DNA of 64,000 nucleotides from Candidatus Culexmicrobium cathedralense (GTDB taxonomy: Archaea > Thermoproteota > Methanomethylicia > Culexarchaeales > Culexmicrobiaceae). The stretch spans positions 160,001-224,000 of the forward strand of contig JANZKC010000002.1 in the NCBI GenBank assembly GCA_025061115.1, written 5' to 3'. The notes below the pieces were generated by a model. It was not told the origin of the DNA and did not search any database. It was given only the letters and a program-made list of their open reading frames with translations. Numbering within the stretch: the first letter of the stretch is position 1; every line of letters begins with the position of its first letter. The position numbers were made by a program, and so were the translations under genes. Of this stretch, positions 40,198 through 50,141 are shown one piece after another.

Positions 40198-41085
40198 TTA
40201 CATGTGAGATAATAAGCCCCTTGCTTTTGAATCCACCATGCGCCTATATTCAGCTATCAGCTTCGGATATTTCTCAACCATACTTACATTTTCCTCCAAG
40301 CACTTCAAATACGCCTGCTCAGCTCCCGGAGCTAGCTTAGCAATTTCCTCATAAAGCTTCCTGCCAATTTCACTGGCTTTCTGGCACCTGGGCGTGCAAG
40401 GGAAGAAGTTACTTGAAAAATACACGTAAACATCCGGCTTATCTCCAACTCTCCTCAACTCCTTAATTTGACGGGAAGCCCTCTCCTCAACATAAACTCC
40501 CGAGCCTCTCTCTTCAGCGTACCTCTTAACGCAACAATCTGGATACCCAAGCAGCCTTCCAAGCTCAGAAACATATGTAGCTGAAAGCTCCTCAGGATAG
40601 ACTAGAAGCGACGGAGGCAAGCCAAGAGGCTTAACTTGAAGAATAGCCTTTCTAATCTCACGCCTAGTTGAAAAAAGCTTCTTCAACTCCTTCCCAACCT
40701 TAGATTCGCGATAGATGTAAACTTCATAAATGCTGGGTCTAACCTCCTCAAGAATCATCTTCAAGCCCAAAGTTTTAGCCCAACTCTCATGAGCTTTGAA
40801 AACGTCGGACTCCAAGACGATCTCCTTGAAAAGCCTCTTAATCTTGTTCCGCAGCCTCAGAATTAGCTGGCTCCTCAAATAAAGATCCCTGGTCTTCATC
40901 AACAAGGATAAGTCCTCAGCGCACCTCTCATCAATAATTCTCCCAAACTTGCTTCCATCAGGAAGCTCGGCTGGAAGAGTAAAGAAGGAACACGGCCGAA
41001 CGCCTAAGTAAACTGAAAGGTAATCCTCAAATTTAACTCTAGGCAAAATGCGGGATTCATTAATGAAATCGCCGATCAAACCCAA
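40198..41085 (-). CDS. Hypothetical protein (DUF483-like GYPxCC motif)
   Basis: GRLLGYPDCC and FFPC...C. Confidence 0.55.
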   Translation of the reverse strand: MGLIGDFINESRILPRVKFEDYLSVYLGVRPCSFFTLPAELPDGSKFGRIIDERCAEDLSLLMKTRDLYLRSQLILRLRNKIKRLFKEIVLESDVFKAHESWAKTLGLKMILEEVRPSIYEVYIYRESKVGKELKKLFSTRREIRKAILQVKPLGLPPSLLVYPEELSATYVSELGRLLGYPDCCVKRYAEERGSGVYVEERASRQIKELRRVGDKPDVYVYFSSNFFPCTPRCQKASEIGRKLYEEIAKLAPGAEQAYLKCLEENVSMVEKYPKLIAEYRRMVDSKARGLLSHM

Positions 41086-41169
41086 TCAAATCACCTTCAC
41101 GTACAGACAATCAAATTAAATAAGCGTGCGACTAATAAATAAGGCTTAAGGGCAGAGGCAAGAGGGAGC

Positions 41170-41538
41170 ATGATGAAAGCACGCATGCCAACATTTGAAG
41201 AATATCTAGCTGGAGCCATGCTGAGCAACGCTCCAGCTTGGATAACGATTGCAACAGCCTCATACCTATACGAGATAGCGCTAATTAGCGAGGAAATAGC
41301 TGCAATCCTTATAGTTGGAGCATACTCCATCGGAGGAATGATAGGCGCATACCTTGTCTGCAAACGAGCATATAGAGATAAGATTAAAACCGGAATTGAA
41401 GTTGGGCTCGCAGCACTCATACTAAACATCATATTCACAGCACTGTTTTTAGGAGCCCCACCGGCAATACCTCCACTTGCAGGATTAATCATTGGAGGAG
41501 CAGTAGGCGGAATAATAGCAGAGAGAAAATCCTCCTAA
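41170..41538 (+). CDS. Small membrane protein
   Basis: Four Gly/Ala-rich hydrophobic segments. Confidence 0.55.
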   Translation: MMKARMPTFEEYLAGAMLSNAPAWITIATASYLYEIALISEEIAAILIVGAYSIGGMIGAYLVCKRAYRDKIKTGIEVGLAALILNIIFTALFLGAPPAIPPLAGLIIGGAVGGIIAERKSS

Positions 41539-41560
41539 AGAAGCAGGTCAGCACTAACCG

Positions 41561-44203
41561 CTACTTCCTCCTCAAAAAGAAATCCAAGCTAGTTACGCCT
41601 AGAATTTCATCGAAATTAACTCCAATAGCTTCCAACACTTGCCTAAACGTCGTCTCCATATGTCCCAAATACTTAGTAACGTCAATCTCATCAATCCTAG
41701 CAAGCTGGACAGGCTTAACTCCAAGCTCACCTTTAACTTTAACGTAGGATATAATGTCGCCAGCTCCAAGCTTCTTACCATACCGCTCAAGCAGCTGAGC
41801 AGCTTTAACATGCTGCGGAGTAGTCTTAACATAAAGGCTAAGAGGCTTAGAAAGCTTAACCCTAAAAGCAAGCTCGTCAAGAGATAGTCTCCGCTCCCTA
41901 AGCTTTCTATAGCAATTCTGGGCAATAGCCCTGATCTTCTCCTTAGCTTTTTCAAAGTCCTCCTCGGATTTAACTTCACTTAAAACTTTGACAACCTCTA
42001 TAAAGGCAACTTTAAGGAATTCAGGGGTATTCCTCTTCTTTCCAACCAATCCCTTAATGTCGACGGAGCCATCATTAAAAACTCCAAGGTAATTCTTTTT
42101 GAGCCCCGAAAAGGTCACGTACCTATAGACCTTATCAACGTCCAAGTCAATTTTAAACTCCGACTTAGCCCACTTCATCAGATCCTCAATTTGCTTAGGC
42201 GAGGGCTTATAAAGGAAAATGCTGTCCGTATCACCATAAAGAACTTCAACTCCAAGCTCTTTAGCCTTCTCAATAGCCTTAGAAATAACAAACCTACCTA
42301 GAGCAGTAGTGCTTTCGGCAACTGGAGGACAATAGAGCGGAAAAGCCTCATTACCCATAACGCCATAACTAGCATTCAAAATAACCTTCAAGCCCTGCTG
42401 GACAACCGAGTACCAGCTTCTTATAGCGGGATCCAAAGACTTGTCCTTAGACTTAGGCTTAAACCAGTAAACCCTAATGTGGCGAAGCATTCCAATTAAA
42501 GTTGAAGACAACCCTAAGCGCTTCATGCAAACCCAGTGGGGCAGGCCGGGAATTCTATTGGACTTACACTCCTTATGTGGACAATTAATAGTCTCGTAGG
42601 ACAAATTCCACCTATAAAGAACTGAGGGATAAAGACTTGCAAAGTCAAGCACGGTAACGTTAAAGTAAACTCCAGGCCTAGGCTCAATTACAATCGCACC
42701 TAAATACTTCTTACCCTTAATCAGAGCCCTAGTAACGGCTCCACCCTTAACAGCCAAAATATCCTCCCTAGCAGGAATCAAATAGTTTCTCTTCCTATGC
42801 TCATAATAAAGCATGTTTTTAATCCAGCCTGAAACACCCTGACGAGTAACATCTTCCATGGAAAGCTTTGAAATCCTCATCAATAGAATAATCAGCTTCA
42901 AAACCAAGTCGTCATCAAAAGTGGTTAGGGAGAGCGTGATAAAAGCATCTCTAAAGCAATATGACGCAAGCTCATAATAGGATAGCTCCCCAATAAGGCG
43001 ATCTATCGGAATTTTACTTATGCCGAGAAGAGCTGAAGCAATGGCATCCAAGGTGGCATCCTTGTACTTATTGCTAAAAGCATAAACTTGAACAGACCTA
43101 TTAGCAAAAAACCTGTAAAGGTCGATGTGCACGCCAGTAACCACATGCGAAGACTGCCTACTCAAAACTATTGGAACTTCCCTACTTGGAATGCCAAGCT
43201 TCGACGCCCTACGCTTCAAGTACCTCAAATCAAACTTATCGCCATTAAATGTTAAGATAATAGGGTAGAACGCCATCAGCCTAAACGACTCCAAAAGCAA
43301 ACTCTTCTCATCATCAAAGAACACTAGCTCAACATCGCTGGGCAAACTGCTAGGCTTACCGCCAAACTCTAAATCACTCCTCCTAAGCAAAAACACCTTC
43401 TTAAGTCCAGTGGAAGAAGCAAAGGCAATACATATTACTGGGTACTCAGCCTCGGAGGGTTCTGGAATCTTATCCGGCTCAGGCGTATAAACCTCAATGT
43501 CTATAGCTAGCCTAGGAATATCGGGAGCAGGACAGAGAAATAGGGGAAGCCACTCATTCAGCATTTCAATGACTTCATCAGGCTCACCCTCGAAGTGCTT
43601 CAAAACTTCACGCTTAACCTCCTCGGGAACATCATAATGAACGAGCTTCAAGCTTCCATCATCAATTCTATAAAATAGACCTGGAATGAGCTGCCTATCA
43701 TAAATATAGCAGTTATGATATCTTATTCTGGCCTCCCATGCCTTAGGAAGCAGATCCCTAATGCTCTTATGGCCGCCGCCAATTGAAAGCGGGTCCTCAG
43801 CAATGATTTTAGACATCTTGACAATCCTACCGCTCAGAGGATCATACTTCTCAACCACTTCAACACGCCTAAAACCTGGATGCGTAACCACGGGAAGCCT
43901 CTTAACTTTCTCAGGAGGTAAGTCTGAAAGGCAATATGGCTTATGCCCAGTATTATCATACCAAAAGTAAATCTTGTTATTCTCAGGATCATAAAGCTTG
44001 CAGAGAGCCTTACCCTTAGAGCCATCAAATAAAACTGAAAGTAAAATGCAAGGTCCAGTTTTAGTTGGCTGCTCAACTTCAAATGGAATAGCCTCTACAA
44101 CTTCAAGCTCAGCTTCACCAACTTCCTCAACTTCTTCATCTTCAAATTCCAAATTAAGCTTGGACGACCTACGCCGACCTCTACTCATAAGCCTCTCCAC
44201 CAC
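41561..44203 (-). CDS. polB1: Family B DNA polymerase, B1 type
   Basis: DIEV, FNG..FD, DFASLYPS, K...NASYG and YGDTDS; N-terminal DNTGHKPYCL is typical of B1. Confidence 0.95.
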   Translation of the reverse strand: MVERLMSRGRRRSSKLNLEFEDEEVEEVGEAELEVVEAIPFEVEQPTKTGPCILLSVLFDGSKGKALCKLYDPENNKIYFWYDNTGHKPYCLSDLPPEKVKRLPVVTHPGFRRVEVVEKYDPLSGRIVKMSKIIAEDPLSIGGGHKSIRDLLPKAWEARIRYHNCYIYDRQLIPGLFYRIDDGSLKLVHYDVPEEVKREVLKHFEGEPDEVIEMLNEWLPLFLCPAPDIPRLAIDIEVYTPEPDKIPEPSEAEYPVICIAFASSTGLKKVFLLRRSDLEFGGKPSSLPSDVELVFFDDEKSLLLESFRLMAFYPIILTFNGDKFDLRYLKRRASKLGIPSREVPIVLSRQSSHVVTGVHIDLYRFFANRSVQVYAFSNKYKDATLDAIASALLGISKIPIDRLIGELSYYELASYCFRDAFITLSLTTFDDDLVLKLIILLMRISKLSMEDVTRQGVSGWIKNMLYYEHRKRNYLIPAREDILAVKGGAVTRALIKGKKYLGAIVIEPRPGVYFNVTVLDFASLYPSVLYRWNLSYETINCPHKECKSNRIPGLPHWVCMKRLGLSSTLIGMLRHIRVYWFKPKSKDKSLDPAIRSWYSVVQQGLKVILNASYGVMGNEAFPLYCPPVAESTTALGRFVISKAIEKAKELGVEVLYGDTDSIFLYKPSPKQIEDLMKWAKSEFKIDLDVDKVYRYVTFSGLKKNYLGVFNDGSVDIKGLVGKKRNTPEFLKVAFIEVVKVLSEVKSEEDFEKAKEKIRAIAQNCYRKLRERRLSLDELAFRVKLSKPLSLYVKTTPQHVKAAQLLERYGKKLGAGDIISYVKVKGELGVKPVQLARIDEIDVTKYLGHMETTFRQVLEAIGVNFDEILGVTSLDFFLRRK

Positions 44204-44409
44204 TTCTCAAACATCTTCTCCTTCTTGATAGCCTTCTTAAACAGCTTGTAATGCTTCTCGCAAAAATAGATGCGCCTAGCCCTCCTATCCTTAACAGTTA
44301 AATTCAGCTTAGATAAAGCTCTAAGAGCTTCCGAGGCAGAAACCGACCTAACAGCAGCTTCATTACATCCACTAACACTGCACAATTGACCCTTCTTAAC
44401 CCTCCCCAA
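44185..44409 (-). CDS. Small Zn-binding protein overlapping the polB1 start
   Basis: MGRVKKGQLCSVSGC...RS...YFCEKHYK; probable TTG start at 44409. Confidence 0.7.
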   Translation of the reverse strand: MGRVKKGQLCSVSGCNEAAVRSVSASEALRALSKLNLTVKDRRARRIYFCEKHYKLFKKAIKKEKMFEKWWRGL

Positions 44410-44504
44410 AGCCCTCGCCCAAATATCAAATAGAACACCCAACTATTAAAGTAATTCCAGAAAGCAAAACTACAATTATTAAGTAAGCTTGCTAAAGATA
44501 AGCT

Positions 44505-44581
<77 letters not shown>

Positions 44582-44651
44582 CCACCATCAATTTCATGGC
44601 AATTCATGAACATGAACATCAGATATAAGCATCAAGTATGATATTCAATTA

Positions 44652-45220
44652 ATGGGTTTCAAGTTGGACCCCGAGTTAATAGACATATTTAAGCTATCAC
44701 AGAATGTCAGACACAGAATTCTAATCTATGTTCTTAAGAAGGGGATTTCGTCAACTATGTTAGGCTTTTCATCAAACTACATTAATAGAGTTAAGCGCGG
44801 CGTACTTAGAGTTAGTGACAATTTAGTTAAAGCCTGCCTCAAGCATATAACTCTTGAGGAATACATCCAATTGACAGGAGATAAGCTAGAAACAGCTGAC
44901 GCAGGCACCGTCATTAGAGTTCTAAAATCAGCGCTACATAGTAATTGATTTAGTTGTTAAAGAAGCCGATGAAGAAGTTAGGTTGGCTTCTAGGCAGTAT
45001 AGAGTTACTGAAGACGATATTTAAAAATTTGAGAGAATTTTAGCCCAAAAAGCTAAGTCAACCGCTAAAGCTCACAGAATCTACCTTCATAGAGCTCTCA
45101 ACTCATTAAACTTTACATTAACCCCCGACAAACTAAGCGACTACATCCTAGAGCTAATTGAGAGTAGCGGTAAAGGAGCAGCCAGACATACAGCCAAATC
45201 TCTAAAACTCCTCATCCAGC
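44652..45220 (+). pseudogene. N-terminal remnant of a tRNA-adjacent HTH-integrase
   Basis: HTH-like ORF continues after a frameshift as IDLVVKE...YRVTEDDI*KFERIL...ARHTAKSLKLLI (TAA at 45022); no catalytic domain. Confidence 0.6.
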
Positions 45221-45314
45221 CAAATACAAAATCCAACTGCATTCCTCGAATTAACTATATTATTAACTAAAACTTATGAACAACACATTCTGAGAAAGAA
45301 AAATTGTTTATAAA

Positions 45315-46646
45315 TTAATATTCTTTAGGTGAAGAATCACTGTAGAGCATTACATTAAAGGATATTTCAGCAGGAATATCAGTGAAAAGAGTCTTCATAT
45401 AGTGCTTCACAAGCATGGGTTCATAGCCTCCTTGTTTATTGGGATCCAGCAACCCTATTGACGAAGGCTCAACTGTAAAGGTAGCATAAGTCATGCTATT
45501 TACTACTTCATGTTTAACTTCCGCAATGCCATCACCTGGATCTGTCTGGTCAAACCATTTAAAGTATGTACCTGATGGAGATGAGTAGCTTACTTCAACT
45601 AGAAGTGTTGGCTTTTGCCCACTAGTACCAGCTGTGACAGAATACGTTATGGTGCTTAATGGTCCACCTACATTCTTGGGGCCCCAATCCCATAAAACTT
45701 GTCCTTCGAAATAACGAGTTTTCCAATCAGTTCTAGTTATAAACACTCCAGGTGGGCGAGAAATACCGAACGGACTATATCCCTTAGCTGAATGAATTAC
45801 ATATGCGTAAAAGAACTTATAGACTGTGCCATCAGTTGCGGTTTGACTACCATAATAATATTCCGCTTTAACCCACATTTCACCAGCAAGCTCACCCAGC
45901 CATCCCCTAGCCTCCGCATTTTTCCAACCAATATACCCCAGAAAATCAAAGCCTTCCATTCTAGTTATGCTATTAGTTGAGAATGCCTTTTTATTCGGTG
46001 TACTTTGAAACAGCATCATACAATCAGCAATGTCGCTGACTAATAGATGGACATTCTCAACCAAAATTATACCATAGGGATTATAAGAGAAGGCAATAAT
46101 TGACGATTTAAAAAGTCTAGAATCAATCTTCAATCCTTCATAGCGCTTGTCTGAAACTCTCTGTTCAGGATCTACAAGGAATATTTTAGGCTTATAATTC
46201 AGTTTACCTAAAGCCTTAAGCCATAGTTCATAACATAGACTAGCATACTCTACATTATTGCCAGTAATTATTATCATTTGAAAACGACCACTCTTATTTA
46301 ATATACTCGATAACAAGCCACTCAACTCATCAATTCTATCCATCACAACAATATCGTTAACATGAGAGACAACAAATAATGGCATACCTGCTCTAACTCT
46401 TCCAGATAACTCTGAGATATTATTAACCACAGCAACCTTTGAACCAATAGCTTGTTCAAGACCTCTAATGTCAATTACAGCACTAGCAGTACCCCCCATT
46501 ATGAAAACATCACCCACAATATTCCTTGAGACTCCCTCCCCTATGGCCGTATTACTAGGAAGCAAAATAACATAGAAAAGCAGGATTATAGGGAATGTCA
46601 ACAACAGCAATTTCCTTTTTGATATACTTCTTTTAAAGCTCATCAA
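45315..46646 (-). CDS. Secreted/surface protein with beta-rich C-terminal domain
   Basis: Basic plus hydrophobic N-terminal signal; 443 aa; AT-rich. Confidence 0.7.
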   Translation of the reverse strand: MMSFKRSISKRKLLLLTFPIILLFYVILLPSNTAIGEGVSRNIVGDVFIMGGTASAVIDIRGLEQAIGSKVAVVNNISELSGRVRAGMPLFVVSHVNDIVVMDRIDELSGLLSSILNKSGRFQMIIITGNNVEYASLCYELWLKALGKLNYKPKIFLVDPEQRVSDKRYEGLKIDSRLFKSSIIAFSYNPYGIILVENVHLLVSDIADCMMLFQSTPNKKAFSTNSITRMEGFDFLGYIGWKNAEARGWLGELAGEMWVKAEYYYGSQTATDGTVYKFFYAYVIHSAKGYSPFGISRPPGVFITRTDWKTRYFEGQVLWDWGPKNVGGPLSTITYSVTAGTSGQKPTLLVEVSYSSPSGTYFKWFDQTDPGDGIAEVKHEVVNSMTYATFTVEPSSIGLLDPNKQGGYEPMLVKHYMKTLFTDIPAEISFNVMLYSDSSPKEY

Positions 46647-46815
46647 ATTTCACCTATTTTTATTTTAAAGTATATCAAATATTTAAATTCTAATCTAAAA
46701 TACATAAGTAGTACGAATGATGTCTTCTCAAAACATCCTAGAATGTTATGAAGTTAGTTAGGAAATAATCAATCTAAAAGGCCATTTACATAGATTAAGA
46801 AACCTATATATTGTT

Positions 46816-47022
46816 TTGTATTATGTTGAAACATACTATTTTATGGTGAATTTATTGGTTGATGTTAGTTTTGGAGTTAGGGTTAGCGTTTCAATTGATG
46901 AGGAGCTACTGGAGTGGGCTAAAAAACAGGTTGAGACCAGGAAATTTCGAAGTGTAAGTCACGTAGTTGAGTATGCTTTAATGCTTCTTAAAAAGCTGAG
47001 GAGAAATAATACTAAAATTTAG
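46816..47022 (+). CDS. Ribbon-helix-helix (CopG-like) regulator
   Basis: RVSVSIDEELLEW...FRSVSHVVEYAL; start uncertain. Confidence 0.7.
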   Translation: MYYVETYYFMVNLLVDVSFGVRVSVSIDEELLEWAKKQVETRKFRSVSHVVEYALMLLKKLRRNNTKI

Positions 47023-47107
47023 TTTTCATGAAGTTAGATTTGTGTAGAAAAGAGTTAATATACAAAACTTTAATTTAATTTAGTAGGGAAAAGCCGTTAA
47101 ATTGCAG

Positions 47108-47471
47108 ATGAGAAAAATGCCCAACAATTCTATTGAAAACATTATGAAAGAGTACTCTGAAGCTCTTGTCACGTTTTTGAAACATTTGGCAAGATCATTA
47201 CAATGATCGGTAAGCTTGAGAAGAAAACTGGAAAAATATTGAAGAGATGATGAAGGAGTTTTTAAGGCCTGAAACTCTAGTGGAGCTTTCCAAAAAGGTT
47301 CCTCCAGAGATATTTGGAGAGATGATGTCTTTAATGCTTGAAGTAGCAACTATGAAGTCCAAGGATATTGCTAAACTTACTCCTGAAGAAAAGATAAAGC
47401 TTGGACGTAAATTCCTCAATTTAGCAGAACGATTGAAAAAACTGTTCAAAGAGCTCGAGGAAATTAAATAA
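47108..47471 (+). pseudogene. Frameshifted helical hypothetical protein
   Basis: Reads MRKMPNN...ALVTF / ETFGKIITMIGKLEKKTGK / NIEEMMKEFL... across two shifts at T and A homopolymer runs. Confidence 0.5.
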
Positions 47472-47481
47472 GCATAATTAG

Positions 47482-47970
47482 GTGAGAATCTTGCGATCCA
47501 TACAGTTGTCAGAGCGTATCTTTGAAAATACTTATGATCTAATAAGTAAGTCCATAAACTCGGCGCTGACGGATTTATCCAATAAATCACTCATCAATTT
47601 ACAGCAACTCCTAAATCCACTTGAAACAATAATTGATAATTGCTCTCTAAATTGGCTTAGGTTGTTTAGTATTTTAAAAATGGATGTCGAAAGAGTAGTA
47701 AATTATATGGCGCAAAAACAAATAGATCCGAATGCGTTTTTTGACTACTTGATAAATGCTTTCGAACTGCTAGTAAGCAGAAACATCCAAGTTGTATACA
47801 TTCACGTTGATCTCTCTGAAGATGAAGAAGACATTGATTGGAAGGTGATTGATGTAACGATCAAAGTGAAAAGTGAAGATTACGACTCGCTTCTAAGTAT
47901 TTGGATTGAGTTGGCGAGGATGAAGCCTAGAGCGTGGAAGAATGTTTACGTAGGGGTTGAACCCCTTTGA
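47482..47970 (+). CDS. Putative antitoxin partner of the HEPN gene
   Basis: Acidic C-terminal half and 4-nt overlap with HEPN; alternative ATG at 47680. Confidence 0.45.
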   Translation: MRILRSIQLSERIFENTYDLISKSINSALTDLSNKSLINLQQLLNPLETIIDNCSLNWLRLFSILKMDVERVVNYMAQKQIDPNAFFDYLINAFELLVSRNIQVVYIHVDLSEDEEDIDWKVIDVTIKVKSEDYDSLLSIWIELARMKPRAWKNVYVGVEPL

Positions 47971-48389
47971 GTATAGGTTTAGAGGTTGCTGATGATTTTC
48001 TCCTCTTCGCTATAGAAATTAAAGATCAACTAGAAGCTCGCCAAGCTGGGAAATATAAAATTACGTTGACTCAAGGAGTTTTGAGGACTTGCATCAGCAG
48101 AGCATATTATGCAGCTTTTCTATATGCTAGATGTGTAACCGATTTAGAACGGTATAGGCGTCCAATCGGAATTAGAAGTGCTTCAATACATAATAAGGTA
48201 ATAGACCGACTTAAAGAGATGGACATACCAGTTGCCGACATGCTTTATAATCTTAAGAAAGCGAGAGGGAAAGCAGACTATAATATTCGCTCGACAATAA
48301 ATCCTAACAAAGTAATTTAGGCAGTAAAGGTTGCTCTAAAGATAATAGATTACCTTAAAAGAGCTTTCCCAAACAAATTACAGTCATAA
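47967..48389 (+). pseudogene. HEPN-domain protein with premature TAG at 48318-20
   Basis: SRAYYAAF, H..VI and R..ADY motifs; frame stays open 22 codons past the TAG, encoding the expected terminal helix. Confidence 0.65.
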
Positions 48390-48550
48390 TTAATTTGATC
48401 ATCAATAGAATTATTATTCGATCTTGTTCAGCTTCATGTTGAGCTGATCATTAATTGAGGTCATTAAGTCTAGTGGTTTTTGTACTTGTAGGCTAAAAAA
48501 GGGGTTTTATTGGAAAATTGTGTGGTTGTGTTTTACCAGGTGTAGTTGAT

Positions 48551-49080
48551 CTATTTTTCTTTTAGTTCTTTGATGATCCTGCACATTTCTTCTATTTCTC
48601 TTTCTCTCTTTTCTATTTCTTCTTCTAGGCGTTTTTCTAGTTCTCTTACTTTTCTTCTTCTTCTGTAAATATGGTTAGAGCGGGGCTGCCTTCCTATACT
48701 CTTCGACTAGCCTTTCTATGAGGATTGGGTGTTCTAGGTCTTCTATGCCTGCTAGGAAGTAGACTTGATGTATGCCTGCCTTGTGCCCCATCCACGCTTC
48801 TACTACCCATGGATCTACTCCGCTGAGTTTGCACCACGTTGAGAAGTACTTTCTCAAGACGTGAAATCTGCACATGTGCCATTTTCGGTGCTTCATGTTT
48901 TTGCCTACTCTTCGCAGCAGCCTCCTCCACATTGTTCTTAGTGTGTGAGGATCTAGCCTTCTACAGCTCCTGTTTACTATTAAGTGGGATTCATCGGTTA
49001 GTTGCTCTCCTTTCTGCATTCTCTCCTTCAAGTACATTAACGTGAATTTGAGGGCTTCACTTGTGCAGAAAGCAGATATT
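48551..49080 (-). pseudogene. Tyrosine recombinase catalytic-domain remnant
   Basis: HVLRKYF, WMGH and VY motifs; a frameshift precedes the coiled-coil tail LTIFTEEEEKVRELEKRLEEE...; N-terminus missing. Confidence 0.82.
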
Positions 49081-49115
49081 CCACCGATCAACATTACTTC
49101 ATAGTTGAGAAATAA

Positions 49116-50126
49116 ATGAGCCACCTACTAATTACTCTTCCAGGGCTTGAGCAAATAGTCGCACAAGAAGTTAAGAGAAAGGGAGGCATTATTGTCAATT
49201 CAGCCAGAGGCAGAGTACTTGCCTCAAAATTGGTCAGCACAAATCTTAGAACTATAGAGTCAATTGCAGAAGTACTCGTACACTGCAAGATATCAGATAC
49301 AAGTAGGAAAAGTTTGAGGCACTTAATTCGAGAACTACTACGCTCAAGCGAAAAAGTTAGAAATGCCATACCAAGCTCAGCAAAAATAACTGTGAAAAGC
49401 GCAGTCTATTCTAAACCTAAGCCAATAGACTATAAAACTCTAGAAATTATCGCAGCAAGAGAACTAGCTAGAGTATACGAAGTCAAATTGTCGCCAAAAC
49501 ATGGGGGCCTAACTTTAAGAGTTGAAATTTTGAATGAGGAGTTGGTAATAGGGAAGGTGCTAAAATCAAATCTTCATAGAAGAAAATACACTAAGTTTAA
49601 ACACCCAGCAATGATAAATCCGCTAATCGCAGCTGCAACTGCTTACTTAGCAAAATTAAGTAAAAAAGACTTGATATTAGATCCATTTTGCGGATCCGGA
49701 ACTATACCGATTGAAGTCGCTCTCACATTAAATTGTGAAGCACAAGGCTCAGACATCAATTCAAGATACGTTAAAGGCGCATTAAAAAACGCGAAGGAAG
49801 CAAATGCAACGGCTCAAGTTAACTTCTTCACATCAGCCATATCGAAATTAGGAGTAAAAAGAAGGTACACGACAATCATAACAGACCCTCCTAGAGGAAT
49901 GAGACTTCAAGTTGAAGATTTAAGTTCCATCTACAGAGAACTCGCCATGGCAGCGAGGAATGCGCTGGTTGACAGCGGTAAATTGATAGTTGCAGTTTTA
50001 CGAGAAGCAAGGAAAATTTCTTCTCGAAAACTAGGTGAGGTGGGCTTCAAGCTCATTAAAGAACTCAGCATACTTCAAGGAGGAGTAAACGTGTACATTC
50101 AATATTTTGAGAAAGAAAGTAAATAG
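49116..50126 (+). CDS. trm14: THUMP-domain tRNA guanine-N2 methyltransferase (Trm14/TrmN-like)
   Basis: PGLE, LHRRKY...HPA, DPFCGSGTIPIE and TDPP. Confidence 0.78.
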   Translation: MSHLLITLPGLEQIVAQEVKRKGGIIVNSARGRVLASKLVSTNLRTIESIAEVLVHCKISDTSRKSLRHLIRELLRSSEKVRNAIPSSAKITVKSAVYSKPKPIDYKTLEIIAARELARVYEVKLSPKHGGLTLRVEILNEELVIGKVLKSNLHRRKYTKFKHPAMINPLIAAATAYLAKLSKKDLILDPFCGSGTIPIEVALTLNCEAQGSDINSRYVKGALKNAKEANATAQVNFFTSAISKLGVKRRYTTIITDPPRGMRLQVEDLSSIYRELAMAARNALVDSGKLIVAVLREARKISSRKLGEVGFKLIKELSILQGGVNVYIQYFEKESK

Positions 50127-50141
50127 CAAACACTACTAGAA

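Larger units (their letters stand above)
44582..49100. mobile_element. Decayed integrated element/genomic island at the tRNA-Arg(CCG) 3' end
   Basis: Visibly AT-richer than the flanks, integrase remnants at both ends, RHH and HEPN genes, several pseudogenes; right boundary approximate and no att repeat seen. Confidence 0.72.

Noticed and set aside
48318-48320. Pyrrolysine read-through of the HEPN TAG
   Set aside because: No pyl genes in the window, and neighbouring genes are also decayed, so a nonsense mutation is the simpler explanation.
48551-48675. Pyrimidine-rich low-complexity tract as a repeat or terminator
   Set aside because: It is the antisense of the Glu/Lys/Arg-rich coiled-coil tail of the integrase remnant.
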